From NCBI RefSeq assembly GCF_056712565.1, contig NZ_CM160072.1: a DNA stretch of 64,000 nucleotides; one strand, written 5' to 3'. Shown here one piece after another: positions 30,027 to 42,618 of this stretch. The notes under the pieces are model-generated. The model searched no databases. It saw only the letters and a program-made list of their open reading frames with translations, and was not told where the DNA came from. The position numbers and the translations under genes were made by a program. Every line of letters begins with the position of its first letter. Position 1 is the stretch's first letter.

Positions 30027-31049
30027 ATGTCCACAATGAAAGTATTAATTTGTCAGGAAATAAAGAATTTAGTATGGGAAGTCCGGGAAAGACCGGTGCC
30101 AGGCGATAATGAAGCATTAATTAAAATTAAAACTGTCGGGATTTGCGGTACAGATATTCATGCCTGGGCGGGCAATCAGCCATTTTTTAGTTATCCACGC
30201 GTTTTAGGCCATGAAATATGTGGGGAGATTATTGAATCAGGAAAAAACATTCACAATTTTAATATCGGACAGCAAGTTGCGGTAATTCCGTATATTTCTT
30301 GTCAGCAATGCCCGGCGTGTAAAAGCGGTCGTACCAATTGCTGTGAAAAAATTTCAGTCATGGGCGTGCATCAGGATGGCGGTTTTAGTGAGTATTTGAG
30401 CGTGCCGGTGGCGAACATTTTGCCCGCAGACGGTATTGACCCGCAGGCGGCAGCATTGATTGAACCTTTCGCTATTAGCGCTCATGCGGTGCGTCGTGCA
30501 GCCATTGCACCCAGCGAGCAGGTGCTGGTGGTCGGGGCGGGGCCAATCGGTCTGGGCGCGGCGGCAATCGCTAAAGCCGATGGCGCGCAGGTGGTGGTGG
30601 CGGATACCAGTCCGGCGCGTCGTGAACATGTGGCAACGCGTCTGGAATTACCTGTTCTGGACCCGTCAGCCGAAGATTTTGACGCGCAGCTGCGGGCGCA
30701 GTTTGGTGGTTCGCTGGCGCAGAAAGTGATTGACGCGACAGGTAATCAACATGCGATGAATAACACCGTAAATCTGATTCGTCACGGCGGCACGGTGGTA
30801 TTTGTCGGCCTGTTTAAAGGTGAGTTGCAGTTCTCCGATCCGGAATTCCATAAAAAAGAAACGACGATGATGGGCAGCCGCAACGCCACGCCGGAAGATT
30901 TCGCTAAAGTCGGTCGATTGATGGCGGAAGGGAAAATCACTGCCGACATGATGTTAACCCATCGCTATCCGTTCGCCACGCTGGCAGAAACCTACGAGCG
31001 CGATGTGATTAACAATCGTGAGTTGATTAAGGGCGTAATTACTTTCTGA
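30027..31049 (+). CDS. lgoD: Zn-dependent L-galactonate 5-dehydrogenase
   Basis: 340-aa MDR-family ORF (GHE..G zinc motif, GxGxxG NAD site); yjjN position. Confidence 0.9.
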   Translation: MSTMKVLICQEIKNLVWEVRERPVPGDNEALIKIKTVGICGTDIHAWAGNQPFFSYPRVLGHEICGEIIESGKNIHNFNIGQQVAVIPYISCQQCPACKSGRTNCCEKISVMGVHQDGGFSEYLSVPVANILPADGIDPQAAALIEPFAISAHAVRRAAIAPSEQVLVVGAGPIGLGAAAIAKADGAQVVVADTSPARREHVATRLELPVLDPSAEDFDAQLRAQFGGSLAQKVIDATGNQHAMNNTVNLIRHGGTVVFVGLFKGELQFSDPEFHKKETTMMGSRNATPEDFAKVGRLMAEGKITADMMLTHRYPFATLAETYERDVINNRELIKGVITF

Positions 31050-31130
31050 TAAGGCGAGATTATTCAAGTTGCCATGCAGCGTCCGGGGAAGTGTTGGGCG
31101 CTGTTTTTTTTCTGTTTCTCAATAATGTTT

Positions 31131-31175
31131 TGTAGGCCGGAGAAGGTGTGTAGGTCGCACTTTATGCGACCTACA
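31131..31175. repeat. REP-like palindromic element between lgoD and opgB
   Basis: TGTAGGCCGGAGAAGGTGTGTAGGTCGCACTTTATGCGACCTACACA inverted-repeat structure. Confidence 0.55.
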
Positions 31176-31188
31176 CATCAGTCAGGAA

Positions 31189-33480
31189 TTACCCTTCACG
31201 TTCTACCACTTTAATTTCCACCATGCCGATCCCGAGCTTACGCGGCGAGTGCCCGAGGATATTCCCTTCGTTGGTTGAGACAGGTTCCGGTGGCACAATT
31301 ACCAGTGTGTCGGCATCGGTTGGGTTATCGAAATGCAGTGTGGTGGTGGTCACTTCATTGCCCAGCACAAGGGTTTGTTCTTCATTGCCTACGCGTACCG
31401 GAATAGGACGGCTGGCGTTATTGCCGTATGCTTTGGCGGTAATCACCAGGTCAAATTTCTTCGGCAGCGGATGCTTGTACTCGATTTTTACTTCATCGCC
31501 CAGCTGTGCGTTGGACCAGCGGCCCCACGACTCTGGACGAGAAATCCCGCTAAACTGTTTCACCTCTTCTGGCGCACCAGCGACGTTAAAGATGAAACTG
31601 TCGGCTTTGTAGCGAATATCGTTATCAACAATCTTTAGCGTATCGACATTGCCTTTGTAACGCGCCATGTCGATGACCGTATCTTTAAATGCCGTTTTTC
31701 CCTTCCATATTGCTTTGTCAACATGCTGAACAATTTGCTGACCGCCAAGCTGCCCTTGCGAGACACACCAGTCGGTGGAGAGTGCCAGTTCCGGAGCCCA
31801 GAGTTGTGCCATCTTGTAGCAACGGTCAACCCAGACGAAATTGTCGCGTGGAGCGAAATCTGCCAGCTGGAAACGCAGCGGTGCTGAGTATTCGCTTTCC
31901 GGCAGCGGTTCCACGCGTTTGTCTGAAACCCGCAACAGCAGCGGCAAACGGAAATGGCTACCTGAGAAGGCAATCATGTTTTTCTGCTGGTCGATGGTGA
32001 ACTCTTTCATCTCTTTAGGGAATTTCCACAGGCGGATGATATCCGGCTTCCACGCCAATGTTTTCTCTTTGATATTGAGGAAGATTTCCGACATCGACTG
32101 CCCGGATAAACTGCTACGGCCAAGTCCGAGATAGTTATCGCCACCGAGAATGTCCAGCACCGTCGCGCCGTTATCCATCGTATTACGCTTCACTGCCAGC
32201 GTCTCTTGCTGCGGCTTGTCGCCACGGATGACAAAAAACAGGTTATTGCGATCCTGCTTATTAAGGTATTTCCACGCCGTATTGTTCATCGCTAAATGGT
32301 CAGAAGAGACGACGATGACGGTATCTTTAAACCACGGTGACGCTTTGATTTTGTTGATAAACGTCGCAATATTCTCCTGGCTGCAACTTACCGCGCTGAA
32401 TGACTGATTCGGCTTACCGTCAAAATCATATTTTTTGCGGTTACAGGTGCGCGAGATAAAACCATCCGGGTGATGGGTATCGACTGTCAGGGTAAACAGT
32501 GAGAATCGCTGACCTGAGCGGGAAAGCTCTTCAAATTTTTTCCACGCTTCATCGAGAACGGTATCGTCGTAGAATCCCCAGTCGTTGCGATAGTGCGGGT
32601 CGGCCACCACGCTTTTCAGCTCTTCTGAGCCGTATAAGTGGTCGAAGCCGTGCGATTTCAGGAACACATCTTTACCGGCAAAACGCAGATTCGCGCCCTG
32701 CACGAAATAGTTCTGATAACCCGAGTTTTTCATAATATCGCCCAGACAGATGTTCTGCGGGAAGAAGCTGGAAACAGAAGCGGAGGCGTTGCCTTCAAAT
32801 GGGGCAAACAGCGGTATGCCGCACTGAGAAGCCACCATGCCCGCAATCGTGTAATCCGTTCCTGGCAGCTGCTGCGTGTGGCTGAAATCCAGGCCTTCAT
32901 TTTTCAACGCGCCCAGTTCAGGCGTGAGATCCGGGAAAGCCTCGTTATCAAAATAGGTCCGCTCGAGACTTTCGCCGTAGATATAAACCAGGTTGAGTTT
33001 CGGGTCAGGGATAGTTTTCGACGGCTCTTTATAATAAGCCGCAAAGTCCGGGTCGCCGTCGCGTGACTGGGATTTCACCAGTTCCGTTATCTGACGAAAT
33101 GCCGGGCTGGCATCCACTGAACCCAGCGCCAGTAAGAGTGCCAGCAGGCTGTAACCAAAATGGTGCGGATGATGACGACGACGGCGCAGGATCCAGCCCA
33201 GCGCACCGAACACCGCCGCCAGCCCCAGCACAATGCCGATACCAGGCAGGATGTATTTGCTGACGCCAGCACCGGTCAGGCTGTTGGTTAAGGTATAGAG
33301 AACCGCGTCGTTAATACCATCGCCAGTAAAATAGTCGCTGGCAAACAGGGTGATATTTAAAACGACAAATAGCCCCAGTACCGTTAATGTGGCTGCAAAC
33401 CACCAGGTGTTACGTCCCGCTTTCCATGCGTAAATCAGCACAGAGGCGAGAAAAAGGGCGAAAGAGAGTAGTTCTGACAA
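31189..33480 (-). CDS. opgB: Phosphoglycerol transferase I (osmoregulated periplasmic glucan biosynthesis)
   Basis: 763-aa ORF with N-terminal TM helices and sulfatase-like domain; same length as K-12 OpgB/MdoB. Confidence 0.93.
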   Translation of the reverse strand: MSELLSFALFLASVLIYAWKAGRNTWWFAATLTVLGLFVVLNITLFASDYFTGDGINDAVLYTLTNSLTGAGVSKYILPGIGIVLGLAAVFGALGWILRRRRHHPHHFGYSLLALLLALGSVDASPAFRQITELVKSQSRDGDPDFAAYYKEPSKTIPDPKLNLVYIYGESLERTYFDNEAFPDLTPELGALKNEGLDFSHTQQLPGTDYTIAGMVASQCGIPLFAPFEGNASASVSSFFPQNICLGDIMKNSGYQNYFVQGANLRFAGKDVFLKSHGFDHLYGSEELKSVVADPHYRNDWGFYDDTVLDEAWKKFEELSRSGQRFSLFTLTVDTHHPDGFISRTCNRKKYDFDGKPNQSFSAVSCSQENIATFINKIKASPWFKDTVIVVSSDHLAMNNTAWKYLNKQDRNNLFFVIRGDKPQQETLAVKRNTMDNGATVLDILGGDNYLGLGRSSLSGQSMSEIFLNIKEKTLAWKPDIIRLWKFPKEMKEFTIDQQKNMIAFSGSHFRLPLLLRVSDKRVEPLPESEYSAPLRFQLADFAPRDNFVWVDRCYKMAQLWAPELALSTDWCVSQGQLGGQQIVQHVDKAIWKGKTAFKDTVIDMARYKGNVDTLKIVDNDIRYKADSFIFNVAGAPEEVKQFSGISRPESWGRWSNAQLGDEVKIEYKHPLPKKFDLVITAKAYGNNASRPIPVRVGNEEQTLVLGNEVTTTTLHFDNPTDADTLVIVPPEPVSTNEGNILGHSPRKLGIGMVEIKVVEREG

Positions 33481-33733
33481 CGGGCGATCCTCACTAAACC
33501 GGGCCGTTTAGCCAACGTTTAAGCTTTTTGAGAAGCACAATGTAATGGCGTCGCCATATTGCTGCAATTCTAGTGTCAAAAAAATGCGATGTTGTTAGGA
33601 ATTAGTTTATAAACAGACTTTTTTGATCGCGGTCGCTTCCCGTGTAACAGGGGTAAAACCGTCCAGGAGCAGGGAAAAGGGCAGGAGAGAGCCGCGTCAG
33701 CCGGGTAACAGCTAAAACGCGGCGTTTCGCGGT

Positions 33734-34231
33734 TCAGGAAATGAAGTTCAGCCCCTGCTTTAACACCAGATCGCAGGCTTTGGTTTTCACCTTTTCTGCC
33801 AGCGGAGTCGTTCCAATATTATCCAGATTGAGTTGCTGACCATCTTTGGTTTTCAGCAAACCCTGAATGCCATCCAGATAGTTGGTGTCTTCTTTTTGCT
33901 CTTCACTGTTCAGGCCCAGTTTTTCCAGTACCTGATTCTTGATGTTTTCGGCATCGGTTACCGAAGCCAGCTTTTGCTTCGCGCAGTATTGCAGAATGCC
34001 TGCGGCGTTGTTCATGTTATCTGCGCTTAAGGCCTGGTTCCCGTTGCTAAGCAAGTTAGTTAATGACGCGAGCGACCAACCGCCTTCCTGTGTCGTGTTG
34101 TTTTGGTTGCCAAGTTCGCTGGCGGCGCTGGAGAGCGCATCTTTCCAGGACGCAGCATGCACCCCGGTGGAAATTAATGCGCTGGCGGCAATGGCACAGC
34201 ACAGAAGATGTTTAATAGTTTTCATCATCAT
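33734..34231 (-). CDS. yjjA: DUF2501 secreted protein YjjA
   Basis: 165-aa ORF with signal peptide; position upstream of dnaC. Confidence 0.85.
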   Translation of the reverse strand: MMMKTIKHLLCCAIAASALISTGVHAASWKDALSSAASELGNQNNTTQEGGWSLASLTNLLSNGNQALSADNMNNAAGILQYCAKQKLASVTDAENIKNQVLEKLGLNSEEQKEDTNYLDGIQGLLKTKDGQQLNLDNIGTTPLAEKVKTKACDLVLKQGLNFIS

Positions 34232-34276
34232 TACTCAAGGTTGAATTGTGTCGCAGTATACCGCCAGAAACGGGGA

Positions 34277-35014
34277 TTAATACTCTTTACCTGTTACACG
34301 GCTACGGTAGCTATCCCAGTTGAAGATCACCCACAAACTGTTACCCAGGCGCATACGGTCCATCACGCGTTCGCCCAGCAACTTGGTCATCTCTTCCATA
34401 TTACTGTTGGTCAGCATCCCGGTTGGGCGTTTGGAAGAAGAGCGGCGATCGACGATCTGGTTGATGATCACTTTTTCGTATTTCGATTCGGTCTGCACGC
34501 CGATCTCATCGATCACCAGCAGATCAACGTTACTCAGATCGTTAAGCAGTTGTTCTTCGCTGGTACCGCTATTCCTGAAGGTATCTTTCATCGCCGACAT
34601 AATATCGGCCACGGTGATGATCAATACGGATTTACCGCGTAGCAGCAGCTCGTTGCAGATTGCCGCCGCCAGATGGTTTTTGCCGGTTCCTGGCTTGCCA
34701 GAAAAGATGAAGCTGGCGATGTTGCCGTCAAACTCTTCGACATACTGGCGCGCTTTGCTTAACGCATTCATTTGCCCTTCACACTCAACGCGATAGTTCT
34801 CAAAGGAGCAGTTCTGATGCAGTGGACGAATACCGGAGCGGTTAAAGGTGCGCTGCATTTTCATCGCCCGATTTTCACGTTCGAGAGCGGCGGAGCGGAT
34901 CGCCCCTTGTTCTTTCTGCCAGGCCAGTAATTCTTCACCCGTTTTGAAAGCAGGTTTGATATGGGCAGGCATCATTTTTTGCAGGCGTTGCATCAGGTCG
35001 CCAACGTTTTTCAT
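34277..35014 (-). CDS. dnaC: Helicase loader DnaC
   Basis: 245-aa ORF with AAA+ Walker A (GKPGTGKNHLAAAI). Confidence 0.95.
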   Translation of the reverse strand: MKNVGDLMQRLQKMMPAHIKPAFKTGEELLAWQKEQGAIRSAALERENRAMKMQRTFNRSGIRPLHQNCSFENYRVECEGQMNALSKARQYVEEFDGNIASFIFSGKPGTGKNHLAAAICNELLLRGKSVLIITVADIMSAMKDTFRNSGTSEEQLLNDLSNVDLLVIDEIGVQTESKYEKVIINQIVDRRSSSKRPTGMLTNSNMEEMTKLLGERVMDRMRLGNSLWVIFNWDSYRSRVTGKEY

Positions 35015-35016
35015 CG

Positions 35017-35556
35017 TTACCCTCTGAATCCTGGTGGAATTTGGCTGTCAGGTTCACTGACCGTATTCACATCTCGTTTCGGCAGTCCGCCGTTGCTGGC
35101 ACGACCGATTTGCAGGCTGCGCGCCAGTTTTTGTTGCCACTGCACATGGTGAAAGACTTTGCCTTCCGCCTGCCAGTAGGCAATGAATGACGCCAGTTCT
35201 TCGGCGGTCACCGACTCTCTTAGTGCCACGCCCCATAGCGCCGCCAGGCGGATAAAGTCGGCATCGGGTTGCCAGTCTGGGTACATGGCAAATTTCCCCA
35301 TGGGTACGGCAACGGGAGCGGTTTGCGGTTCCTGATAGAGTTGATCGTCCAGAGCGACATCGCTTCCCGGACGCGCCAGCTTTTCTTCCAGCGCCAGCAG
35401 TTCAGCCAGGCGTGCAGGAGTGATGGCATAAAACGCCGGGGCATTGTTAGCAAATACGGCAACCACACCGCCTTCAGCTTTTGCCAGAACGGTTTGGTGA
35501 TCGTGTACCAGGGCGTCAATACCAACGACGTCCGGGGTCAAAACTCTGGAAGACAT
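35017..35556 (-). CDS. dnaT: Primosomal protein DnaT
   Basis: ORF 35017..35568; start set at [17 protein letters not shown] (179 aa); 2-nt gap to dnaC. Confidence 0.93.
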   Translation of the reverse strand: MSSRVLTPDVVGIDALVHDHQTVLAKAEGGVVAVFANNAPAFYAITPARLAELLALEEKLARPGSDVALDDQLYQEPQTAPVAVPMGKFAMYPDWQPDADFIRLAALWGVALRESVTAEELASFIAYWQAEGKVFHHVQWQQKLARSLQIGRASNGGLPKRDVNTVSEPDSQIPPGFRG

Positions 35557-35663
35557 ACTGTTTCTCAAATATGGAACGATGAACGAGAAGGGAGATAACT
35601 TTTATAGTAACACACGGAGGAGAGGAGGCTGTCTCTCATCCGCGTGCTTTAAGTGAGGCAATT

Positions 35664-36898
<1,235 letters not shown>

Positions 36899-37517
36899 AA
36901 CTCGCCCTTTGTCATAGACGTGCTGCGTATTGTTCAGATAATGAGAATCCATTTGTATCATGAAGCACGGTTGTTTTGCGGTAGGTTAAGATCAAAATTG
37001 CGCTGATTAATCCTGGTTATCGGGAGATGCTCGGTGATAAAAAGCGAATTATCTCTCGCCGTAAACAAACTATCGCATGAATATTATCACTATAATGAAT
37101 TTGTTATTTGGCCTTTACGAGTCAGGATAATAGATAGCTGGGCGCGTTTTTTTATGTTAACAAGTTAAAACCATCAGATTTTATTGAATAAATATTGATT
37201 GTGTGATTCCCGCACTCTGCGGGAAGAGATATTATTTAATTATAAATTAAATGAATGAGATTTCTGTTTTTCATTAAGTATTTCTAACAACTTAATGTAG
37301 ATATTTTAAATGTCTCCAGGCTATTTCACCAGGTTATCATTTGATGCTAACCTTCTGACACATGCAGTGGAGTTGTTGTGCAGCAGGAGTATGCTGATAT
37401 GAAAGTGAATGCTAAGGATAATTTATTCGCTTAATCTATTAATTTGCTGGAAATATTTAAGGAATGAATGCCTTGAATAAACCATCATGATTTTTAGACA
37501 GTGGATGTGGAGGAAAT

Positions 37518-38243
37518 ATGTTGCCAGGATGCTGCAAAAATGGAATTGTTATCAGTAAAATACCTGTTATGCAAGCAGGGTTAAAAGAGGTCATGAGGAC
37601 TCACTTCCCTGAATATGAAATAATATCCAGCGCCTCTGCGGAGGACCTTACCTTATTACAATTACGTCGTTCCGGATTAGTCATTGCTGATTTGGCCGGT
37701 GAAAGTGAAGATCCACGTTCCGTTTGTGAGCATTATTACTCTTTAATCTCACAATATCGGGAAATTCACTGGGTTTTCATGGTGTCACGCTCCTGGTATT
37801 CCCAGGCAGTAGAATTGCTCATGTGCCCTACGGCGACGTTATTGTCTGATGTTGAACCCATTGAGAATCTGGTCAAGACCGTACGTTCCGGCAATACGCA
37901 CTCAGAGCGTATCAGCGCCATGCTGACCTCTCCGGCAATGACTGAAACTCATGATTTTAGCTATCGCTCCGTCATTCTCACTCTTTCAGAGCGCAAGGTA
38001 CTGCGGCTATTAGGTAAAGGATGGGGCATCAACCAGATAGCTTCATTGCTTAAGAAAAGTAATAAAACTATTAGCGCCCAAAAAAACAGTGCGATGCGTC
38101 GACTGGCAATTCACAGCAACGCTGAAATGTATGCATGGATAAATAGCGCGCAGGGTGCAAGAGAACTTAACTTGCCTTCTGTTTATGGAGATGCCGCAGA
38201 ATGGAACACAGCCGAATTAAGAAGAGAAATGTCGCACTCATAG
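37518..38243 (+). CDS. yjjQ: LuxR/FixJ-type transcriptional regulator YjjQ
   Basis: 241-aa ORF with C-terminal LuxR HTH; long AT-rich leader upstream. Confidence 0.9.
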   Translation: MLPGCCKNGIVISKIPVMQAGLKEVMRTHFPEYEIISSASAEDLTLLQLRRSGLVIADLAGESEDPRSVCEHYYSLISQYREIHWVFMVSRSWYSQAVELLMCPTATLLSDVEPIENLVKTVRSGNTHSERISAMLTSPAMTETHDFSYRSVILTLSERKVLRLLGKGWGINQIASLLKKSNKTISAQKNSAMRRLAIHSNAEMYAWINSAQGARELNLPSVYGDAAEWNTAELRREMSHS

Positions 38244-38878
38244 AAAAATGCGTCATGAGTCGTATCGGTATTGAGAGTTTATTCAGAAAGTTTGCAGGTA
38301 ACCCTTATAAGCTCCATACCTATACCAGTCAGGAGTCATTTCAGGATGCCATGTCGCGGATCTCGTTTGCAGCGGTCATTTTTTCTTTTTCTGCCATGAG
38401 AAGTGCGCGCAGAGAGGGATTATCCTGCCTGACTGAACTGGCGATTAAGTTTCCGCGTACCCGGCGTTTAGTTATTGCGGATGATGATATTGAAGCTCGG
38501 CTGATTGGTTCATTGTCGCCATCACCGCTGGACGGTGTATTAAGTAAAGCGTCAACGCTGGAGATTTTTCATCAGGAACTCTTTTTGTCATTAAATGGTG
38601 TACGTCAGGCGACCGATCGACTGAACAATCAGTGGTACATTAACCAAAGCCGGACGTTAAGCCCGACGGAGAGAGAAATATTGCGCTTTATGTCGCGTGG
38701 CTACTCAATGACACAAATTGCCGAGCAGCTTAAACGCAATATTAAAACGATCCGTGCACATAAATTTAATGTGATGTCGAAACTGGGCGTCAGTTCTGAT
38801 GCAGGGTTGTTGGAGGCCGCAGATATTCTGTTATGTATGCGGCATTGCGAAACAAGTAATGTGTTGCATCCTTATTAA
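38201..38878 (+). CDS. bglJ: LuxR-type transcriptional activator BglJ
   Basis: 225-aa ORF overlapping the yjjQ 3-prime end, LuxR HTH at the C-terminus. Confidence 0.9.
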   Translation: MEHSRIKKRNVALIEKCVMSRIGIESLFRKFAGNPYKLHTYTSQESFQDAMSRISFAAVIFSFSAMRSARREGLSCLTELAIKFPRTRRLVIADDDIEARLIGSLSPSPLDGVLSKASTLEIFHQELFLSLNGVRQATDRLNNQWYINQSRTLSPTEREILRFMSRGYSMTQIAEQLKRNIKTIRAHKFNVMSKLGVSSDAGLLEAADILLCMRHCETSNVLHPY

Positions 38879-38915
38879 TCCGCATGATGCCGGGTTTACT
38901 TCCCCGGCAGTGCTT

Positions 38916-39704
38916 TCATTTCAGCGTACAATCGCCACATTGCTGCACATCCGGTAAGCGATAACGCTGGCAGCAAGTGCGGCGCACCAGCAGGCCGTCG
39001 CGTAGCACCACGGTACGCCAGAGTGGATTATCTTCACCGGTAGTAAGCGTTTTCTCAAAAAAGAGGGCATAGCGCAGCGATTCAACCGTCGCCTCGCCGA
39101 GCAGCTGTTTCATCTCAGTCAGATACCAGTTGATCAAATAACCGGTATTGCTCCAGATAAGTTTGCCGTTAATCTCTCCCGTTGCTTCTAGTGCCTGCAG
39201 AACCGGAACCAGCGCCTGGCTGATTAACGTTTCCATTCGCTGCTGCGGCGAATGTAGTGTTGCGTTTTTATCTTCACACACATCGACCCAGAAACAGGCG
39301 GCGCGTCCGGTTTCGTGAAACTCAACGTGGACATGTTCCGGCGACACATCTAATGCTTTTTCCTGAGTCAGCAGCGCCAGCATTAATGGTGGTACCATCA
39401 GGCCGATATACCATTGCGCCCACAGTGAGATAAGCGGTTTGTTTTCGCGGATCATCAAAGGTTGGTTGCGGTAGATATGATCGGAATAGACCGCGAGTAG
39501 AGAACTTAGCGCATTCGGTGATGACCATTGCGCCAGCGTCATGGCGTTAAGTGGGGCGGGTTCATCCAGGCGGATAAACTCCAGCAAATGTTCACGATGT
39601 TCGGCGATCGTTGCCCGCACGGCTTGTGCAAGCCCAGCATCCTGCGGCTGGAGATGCGTTCGCCAGATAACATCTTCATAGAGCGGTGCGGAACGATAGG
39701 CCAT
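38916..39704 (-). CDS. fhuF: Ferric-siderophore reductase FhuF (2Fe-2S)
   Basis: 262-aa ORF with C-terminal C-C-x10-C-x2-C cluster motif (CCQRYRLPDVQQCGDC). Confidence 0.93.
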   Translation of the reverse strand: MAYRSAPLYEDVIWRTHLQPQDAGLAQAVRATIAEHREHLLEFIRLDEPAPLNAMTLAQWSSPNALSSLLAVYSDHIYRNQPLMIRENKPLISLWAQWYIGLMVPPLMLALLTQEKALDVSPEHVHVEFHETGRAACFWVDVCEDKNATLHSPQQRMETLISQALVPVLQALEATGEINGKLIWSNTGYLINWYLTEMKQLLGEATVESLRYALFFEKTLTTGEDNPLWRTVVLRDGLLVRRTCCQRYRLPDVQQCGDCTLK

Positions 39705-39783
39705 AATCGTGATAGTAATCTAAATGATAATTATTGCTAATCCTATCGATAGGTTTACCCGATAGCAAGGAATTTCTCTGGCT

Positions 39784-39830
39784 TGCAAATGATAAAAATT
39801 ATCATATGATATTAGTTATCATTATCAATG
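39784..39830. promoter_or_regulatory. Fur-box cluster in the divergent fhuF / yjjZ promoter region
   Basis: AAATGATAAAAATTATCAT and AGTTATCATTATCAAT resemble the Fur consensus GATAATGATAATCATTATC. Confidence 0.65.
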
Positions 39831-39844
39831 AAAGAGATGAAACC

Positions 39845-40081
39845 ATGTTGCAACGTACGCTGGGCAGTGGCTGGGGAGTGTTGCTGCCGGGATTGCTGAT
39901 TGCAGGGCTGATGTATGCGGATTTATCGCCGGATCAATGGCGGATTGTCATTCTGATGGGATTGGTATTGACGCCGGTGATGCTGTATCACAAACAGTTA
40001 CGGCATTACGTTTTGCTACCATCGTGCCTGGCGCTTATTGCTGGCATCATGCTGATGATAATGAATTTGAATCAGGGGTGA
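39845..40081 (+). CDS. yjjZ: DUF1435 small inner-membrane protein YjjZ
   Basis: ORF 39734..40081; start set at MLQRTLGSGWGVLLPG (78 aa); two predicted TM helices. Confidence 0.8.
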   Translation: MLQRTLGSGWGVLLPGLLIAGLMYADLSPDQWRIVILMGLVLTPVMLYHKQLRHYVLLPSCLALIAGIMLMIMNLNQG

Positions 40082-40119
40082 TAAAACAGTGACGAGACAA
40101 GAAAAGAAGTAAAGATAAT

Positions 40120-40206
40120 TGGTGCGAGGGGGGGGACTTGAACCCCCACGTCCGTAAGGACACTAACACCTGAAGCTAGCGCGTCTACCAATTCCGCCAC
40201 CTTCGC
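40120..40206 (-). tRNA. leuV: tRNA-Leu (CAG anticodon), 87 nt with encoded CCA
   Basis: Reverse complement reads GCGAAGGTGGCGGAATTGGTAGACGCGCTAGCTTCAGGTGTTAGTGTCCTTACGGACGTGGGGGTTCAAGTCCCCCCCCTCGCACCA; type II tRNA with long variable arm. Confidence 0.95.
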
Positions 40207-40240
40207 ACAGTCATCTTACTTTTTTTGATATCGCCTCGTT

Positions 40241-40327
40241 TGGTGCGAGGGGGGGGACTTGAACCCCCACGTCCGTAAGAACACTAACACCTGAAGCTAG
40301 CGCGTCTACCAATTCCGCCACCTTCGC
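40241..40327 (-). tRNA. leuP: tRNA-Leu (CAG), variant copy with one substitution in the variable arm
   Basis: Identical to the flanking copies except GTGTTCTTACGGAC instead of GTGTCCTTACGGAC (tRNA sense). Confidence 0.93.
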
Positions 40328-40355
40328 CCAGTGCGAGCAATATCAACGTGGTTTT

Positions 40356-40442
40356 TGGTGCGAGGGGGGGGACTTGAACCCCCACGTCCGTAAGGACACT
40401 AACACCTGAAGCTAGCGCGTCTACCAATTCCGCCACCTTCGC
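40356..40442 (-). tRNA. leuQ: tRNA-Leu (CAG)
   Basis: Third tandem copy, identical to the copy at 40120-40206. Confidence 0.95.
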
Positions 40443-40587
40443 ATACCATCAATTCTTAAAAAGAATTGCTACCACGGAGGCGCATTCTAGTGGTTTTCAG
40501 CTTTTCGTCAATAGTTAATTATCGACAGAGGTGTAATTGCTGGAAAAATATCCATCAGCGGATTGTGGATAATTCGTTTGTCGGTCA

Positions 40588-40630
40588 GATAAGGCGTGTA
40601 CGCCGCATCCGACACGGTATGCGGCGACAT
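40588..40630. repeat. REP-like palindrome downstream of rsmC
   Basis: GATAAGGCGTGTACGCCGCATCCGACACGGTATGCGGCG. Confidence 0.5.
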
Positions 40631-40641
40631 ATATCAGATAC

Positions 40642-41673
40642 TCAACCTTTCTTCGCCTGGCGGGTCATAATGGCGCGATACACCTTGAAGCGCCCGGTTT
40701 GCGCGATCACTTCATGGAAGCCAAATGTCTCATCCAGCACGTCCGGGTAAGGCAGGAAGGCGTTCGCTACAATTCGCAACTCGCCGCCGCTGTTCAGATG
40801 ACGCACCGCGCCGCGAATCAGCGTTTGCGCGGCATCCAGGCTGGTTTGCATCCCATCGTGGAACGGCGGGTTGGAGATTATCATATCAAAGCGACCTTTC
40901 ACCTCGGAAAAGACGTTGCTGGCAAAGACTTCACCTTCAACACCGTTGGTCGCAAGTGTTGCGCGGCTGGCTTCTACCGCTGGTGCAGAAACATCACACA
41001 GAGTGAGGCGGATCTTCGGTGAATGGCGCGCAAAAGCAACGGAAAGCACTCCCGCGCCGCAGCCGACATCCAGCACTTTACCTTTCGTGTGTGGAGTTAG
41101 CGTCGAGAGCAGCAACTGACTGCCGACATCCAGACCGTCGCGGCTAAACACGCCCGGCAGTGTTTTGACCGTCAAGCCATCGACGCTGTATTCGCCCCAG
41201 AATTTATTGGCATCAAATACCGGCTGCTTTTCCAGACGACCAAAATAGAGGCCGCAGCGACGGGCGCTGTCTACCTTATTCAACGGCGCATAATCGGCCA
41301 GCATCTGCTCGGCGATGCGCACGCCGCTGCGGTTCTCGCCAACGACAAAAATATCCGTGCCCACCGGAAGCAGAGAAAGTAAATTCATCAACTGGAACTG
41401 GGCTTCCGGTTTGTTCTTCGGCCAGTAGTAGATCAGCGTATCGCAATCTGCGACATCATTCGCCGTGGCGACCAGGCTAAAACGGGCGTTATCCCCCATC
41501 TGGCGGCTTAACACCTGCCAGTGGTGGAATTGCTGGGTATGAGCACGGCTGGCCGCGGTATCTAAACGCGCGGGCAGGTCATCCTGTAAGTCTCCGGCAA
41601 ACAGAATACGGCTTTGTTCGAAATCATCACTGTGACGCAGCAAGACTTCACTTGCCGGGGTAAATGCAGACAT
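40642..41673 (-). CDS. rsmC: 16S rRNA (guanine1207-N2)-methyltransferase
   Basis: 343-aa ORF with duplicated methyltransferase fold ([12 protein letters not shown] AdoMet motif, NPPFH). Confidence 0.93.
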   Translation of the reverse strand: MSAFTPASEVLLRHSDDFEQSRILFAGDLQDDLPARLDTAASRAHTQQFHHWQVLSRQMGDNARFSLVATANDVADCDTLIYYWPKNKPEAQFQLMNLLSLLPVGTDIFVVGENRSGVRIAEQMLADYAPLNKVDSARRCGLYFGRLEKQPVFDANKFWGEYSVDGLTVKTLPGVFSRDGLDVGSQLLLSTLTPHTKGKVLDVGCGAGVLSVAFARHSPKIRLTLCDVSAPAVEASRATLATNGVEGEVFASNVFSEVKGRFDMIISNPPFHDGMQTSLDAAQTLIRGAVRHLNSGGELRIVANAFLPYPDVLDETFGFHEVIAQTGRFKVYRAIMTRQAKKG

Positions 41674-41775
41674 GGAATGCTCCTCAATTGATACTGGCGG
41701 CGATTATAGCCATATGTTGGCGCGGTATCGACGAATTTGCTATATTTGCGCCCCTGACAACAGGAGCGATTCGCT

Positions 41776-42189
41776 ATGACATCCCGACGAGACTGGCAGT
41801 TACAGCAACTGGGCATTACCCAGTGGTCGCTGCGTCGCCCTGGCGCGTTGCAGGGGGAGATTGCCATTGCGATCCCGCCACACGTCCGTCTGGTGATGGT
41901 GGCAAACGATCTTCCCGCCCTGACCGATCCTCTGGTGAGCGATGTTCTGCGTGCGTTAACTGTCAGCCCCGATCAAGTGCTGCAACTGACGCCAGAAAAA
42001 ATCGCGATGCTGCCGCAAGGCAGCCGCTGCAACAGCTGGCGGTTGGGTACTGACGAACCGCTATCACTGGAAGGCGCTCAGGTGGCATCACCGGCGCTCA
42101 CCGAATTACGGGCAAACCCAACGGCACGCGCCGCGTTATGGCAACAAATTTGCACATATGAACACGATTTCTTCCCTCGAAACGACTGA
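41776..42189 (+). CDS. holD: DNA polymerase III psi subunit
   Basis: 137-aa ORF; 32-nt overlap into rimI as in K-12. Confidence 0.93.
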   Translation: MTSRRDWQLQQLGITQWSLRRPGALQGEIAIAIPPHVRLVMVANDLPALTDPLVSDVLRALTVSPDQVLQLTPEKIAMLPQGSRCNSWRLGTDEPLSLEGAQVASPALTELRANPTARAALWQQICTYEHDFFPRND

Positions 42190-42604
42190 TTTACCAGCGG
42201 CTTACCACATTGAACAACGCGCCCACGCCTTTCCGTGGAGTGAAAAAACCTTTGCCAGCAACCAGGGCGAGCGTTATCTCAACTTTCAGTTAACGCAAAA
42301 CGGCAAAATGGCGGCGTTTGCGATTACGCAAGTGGTGCTGGATGAAGCTACATTGTTCAATATTGCGGTCGATCCTGACTATCAGCGTCAGGGATTGGGA
42401 AGGGCGCTGCTGGAACATCTGATCGACGAACTGGAAAAACGCGGCGTGGCGACGCTATGGCTGGAAGTCCGTGCCTCAAATGCTGCCGCCATTGCCCTGT
42501 ACGAAAGTTTAGGCTTTAACGAGGCGACGATTCGCCGCAATTACTACCCCACCACGGACGGTCGCGAAGACGCCATCATCATGGCGTTACCAATCAGTAT
42601 GTAA
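42158..42604 (+). CDS. rimI: Ribosomal protein S18 alanine N-acetyltransferase (GNAT)
   Basis: 148-aa GNAT ORF ([13 protein letters not shown]). Confidence 0.93.
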   Translation: MNTISSLETTDLPAAYHIEQRAHAFPWSEKTFASNQGERYLNFQLTQNGKMAAFAITQVVLDEATLFNIAVDPDYQRQGLGRALLEHLIDELEKRGVATLWLEVRASNAAAIALYESLGFNEATIRRNYYPTTDGREDAIIMALPISM

Positions 42605-42618
42605 GACAAGGTGGAATA

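Noticed and set aside
40120-40442. Three direct repeats of ~87 bp with ~30-bp spacers, superficially array-like
   Set aside because: Each repeat is a complete tRNA-Leu gene (cloverleaf sequence with CCA end). No cas genes and no short CRISPR-type repeats. This is the leuQPV tRNA operon, not a CRISPR array.
40100-40660. Integrated genomic island or prophage at the tRNA-Leu genes
   Set aside because: No integrase, direct-repeat attachment-site duplication or foreign cargo next to the tRNAs. The flanks are fhuF/yjjZ and rsmC-holD, as in the core genome.
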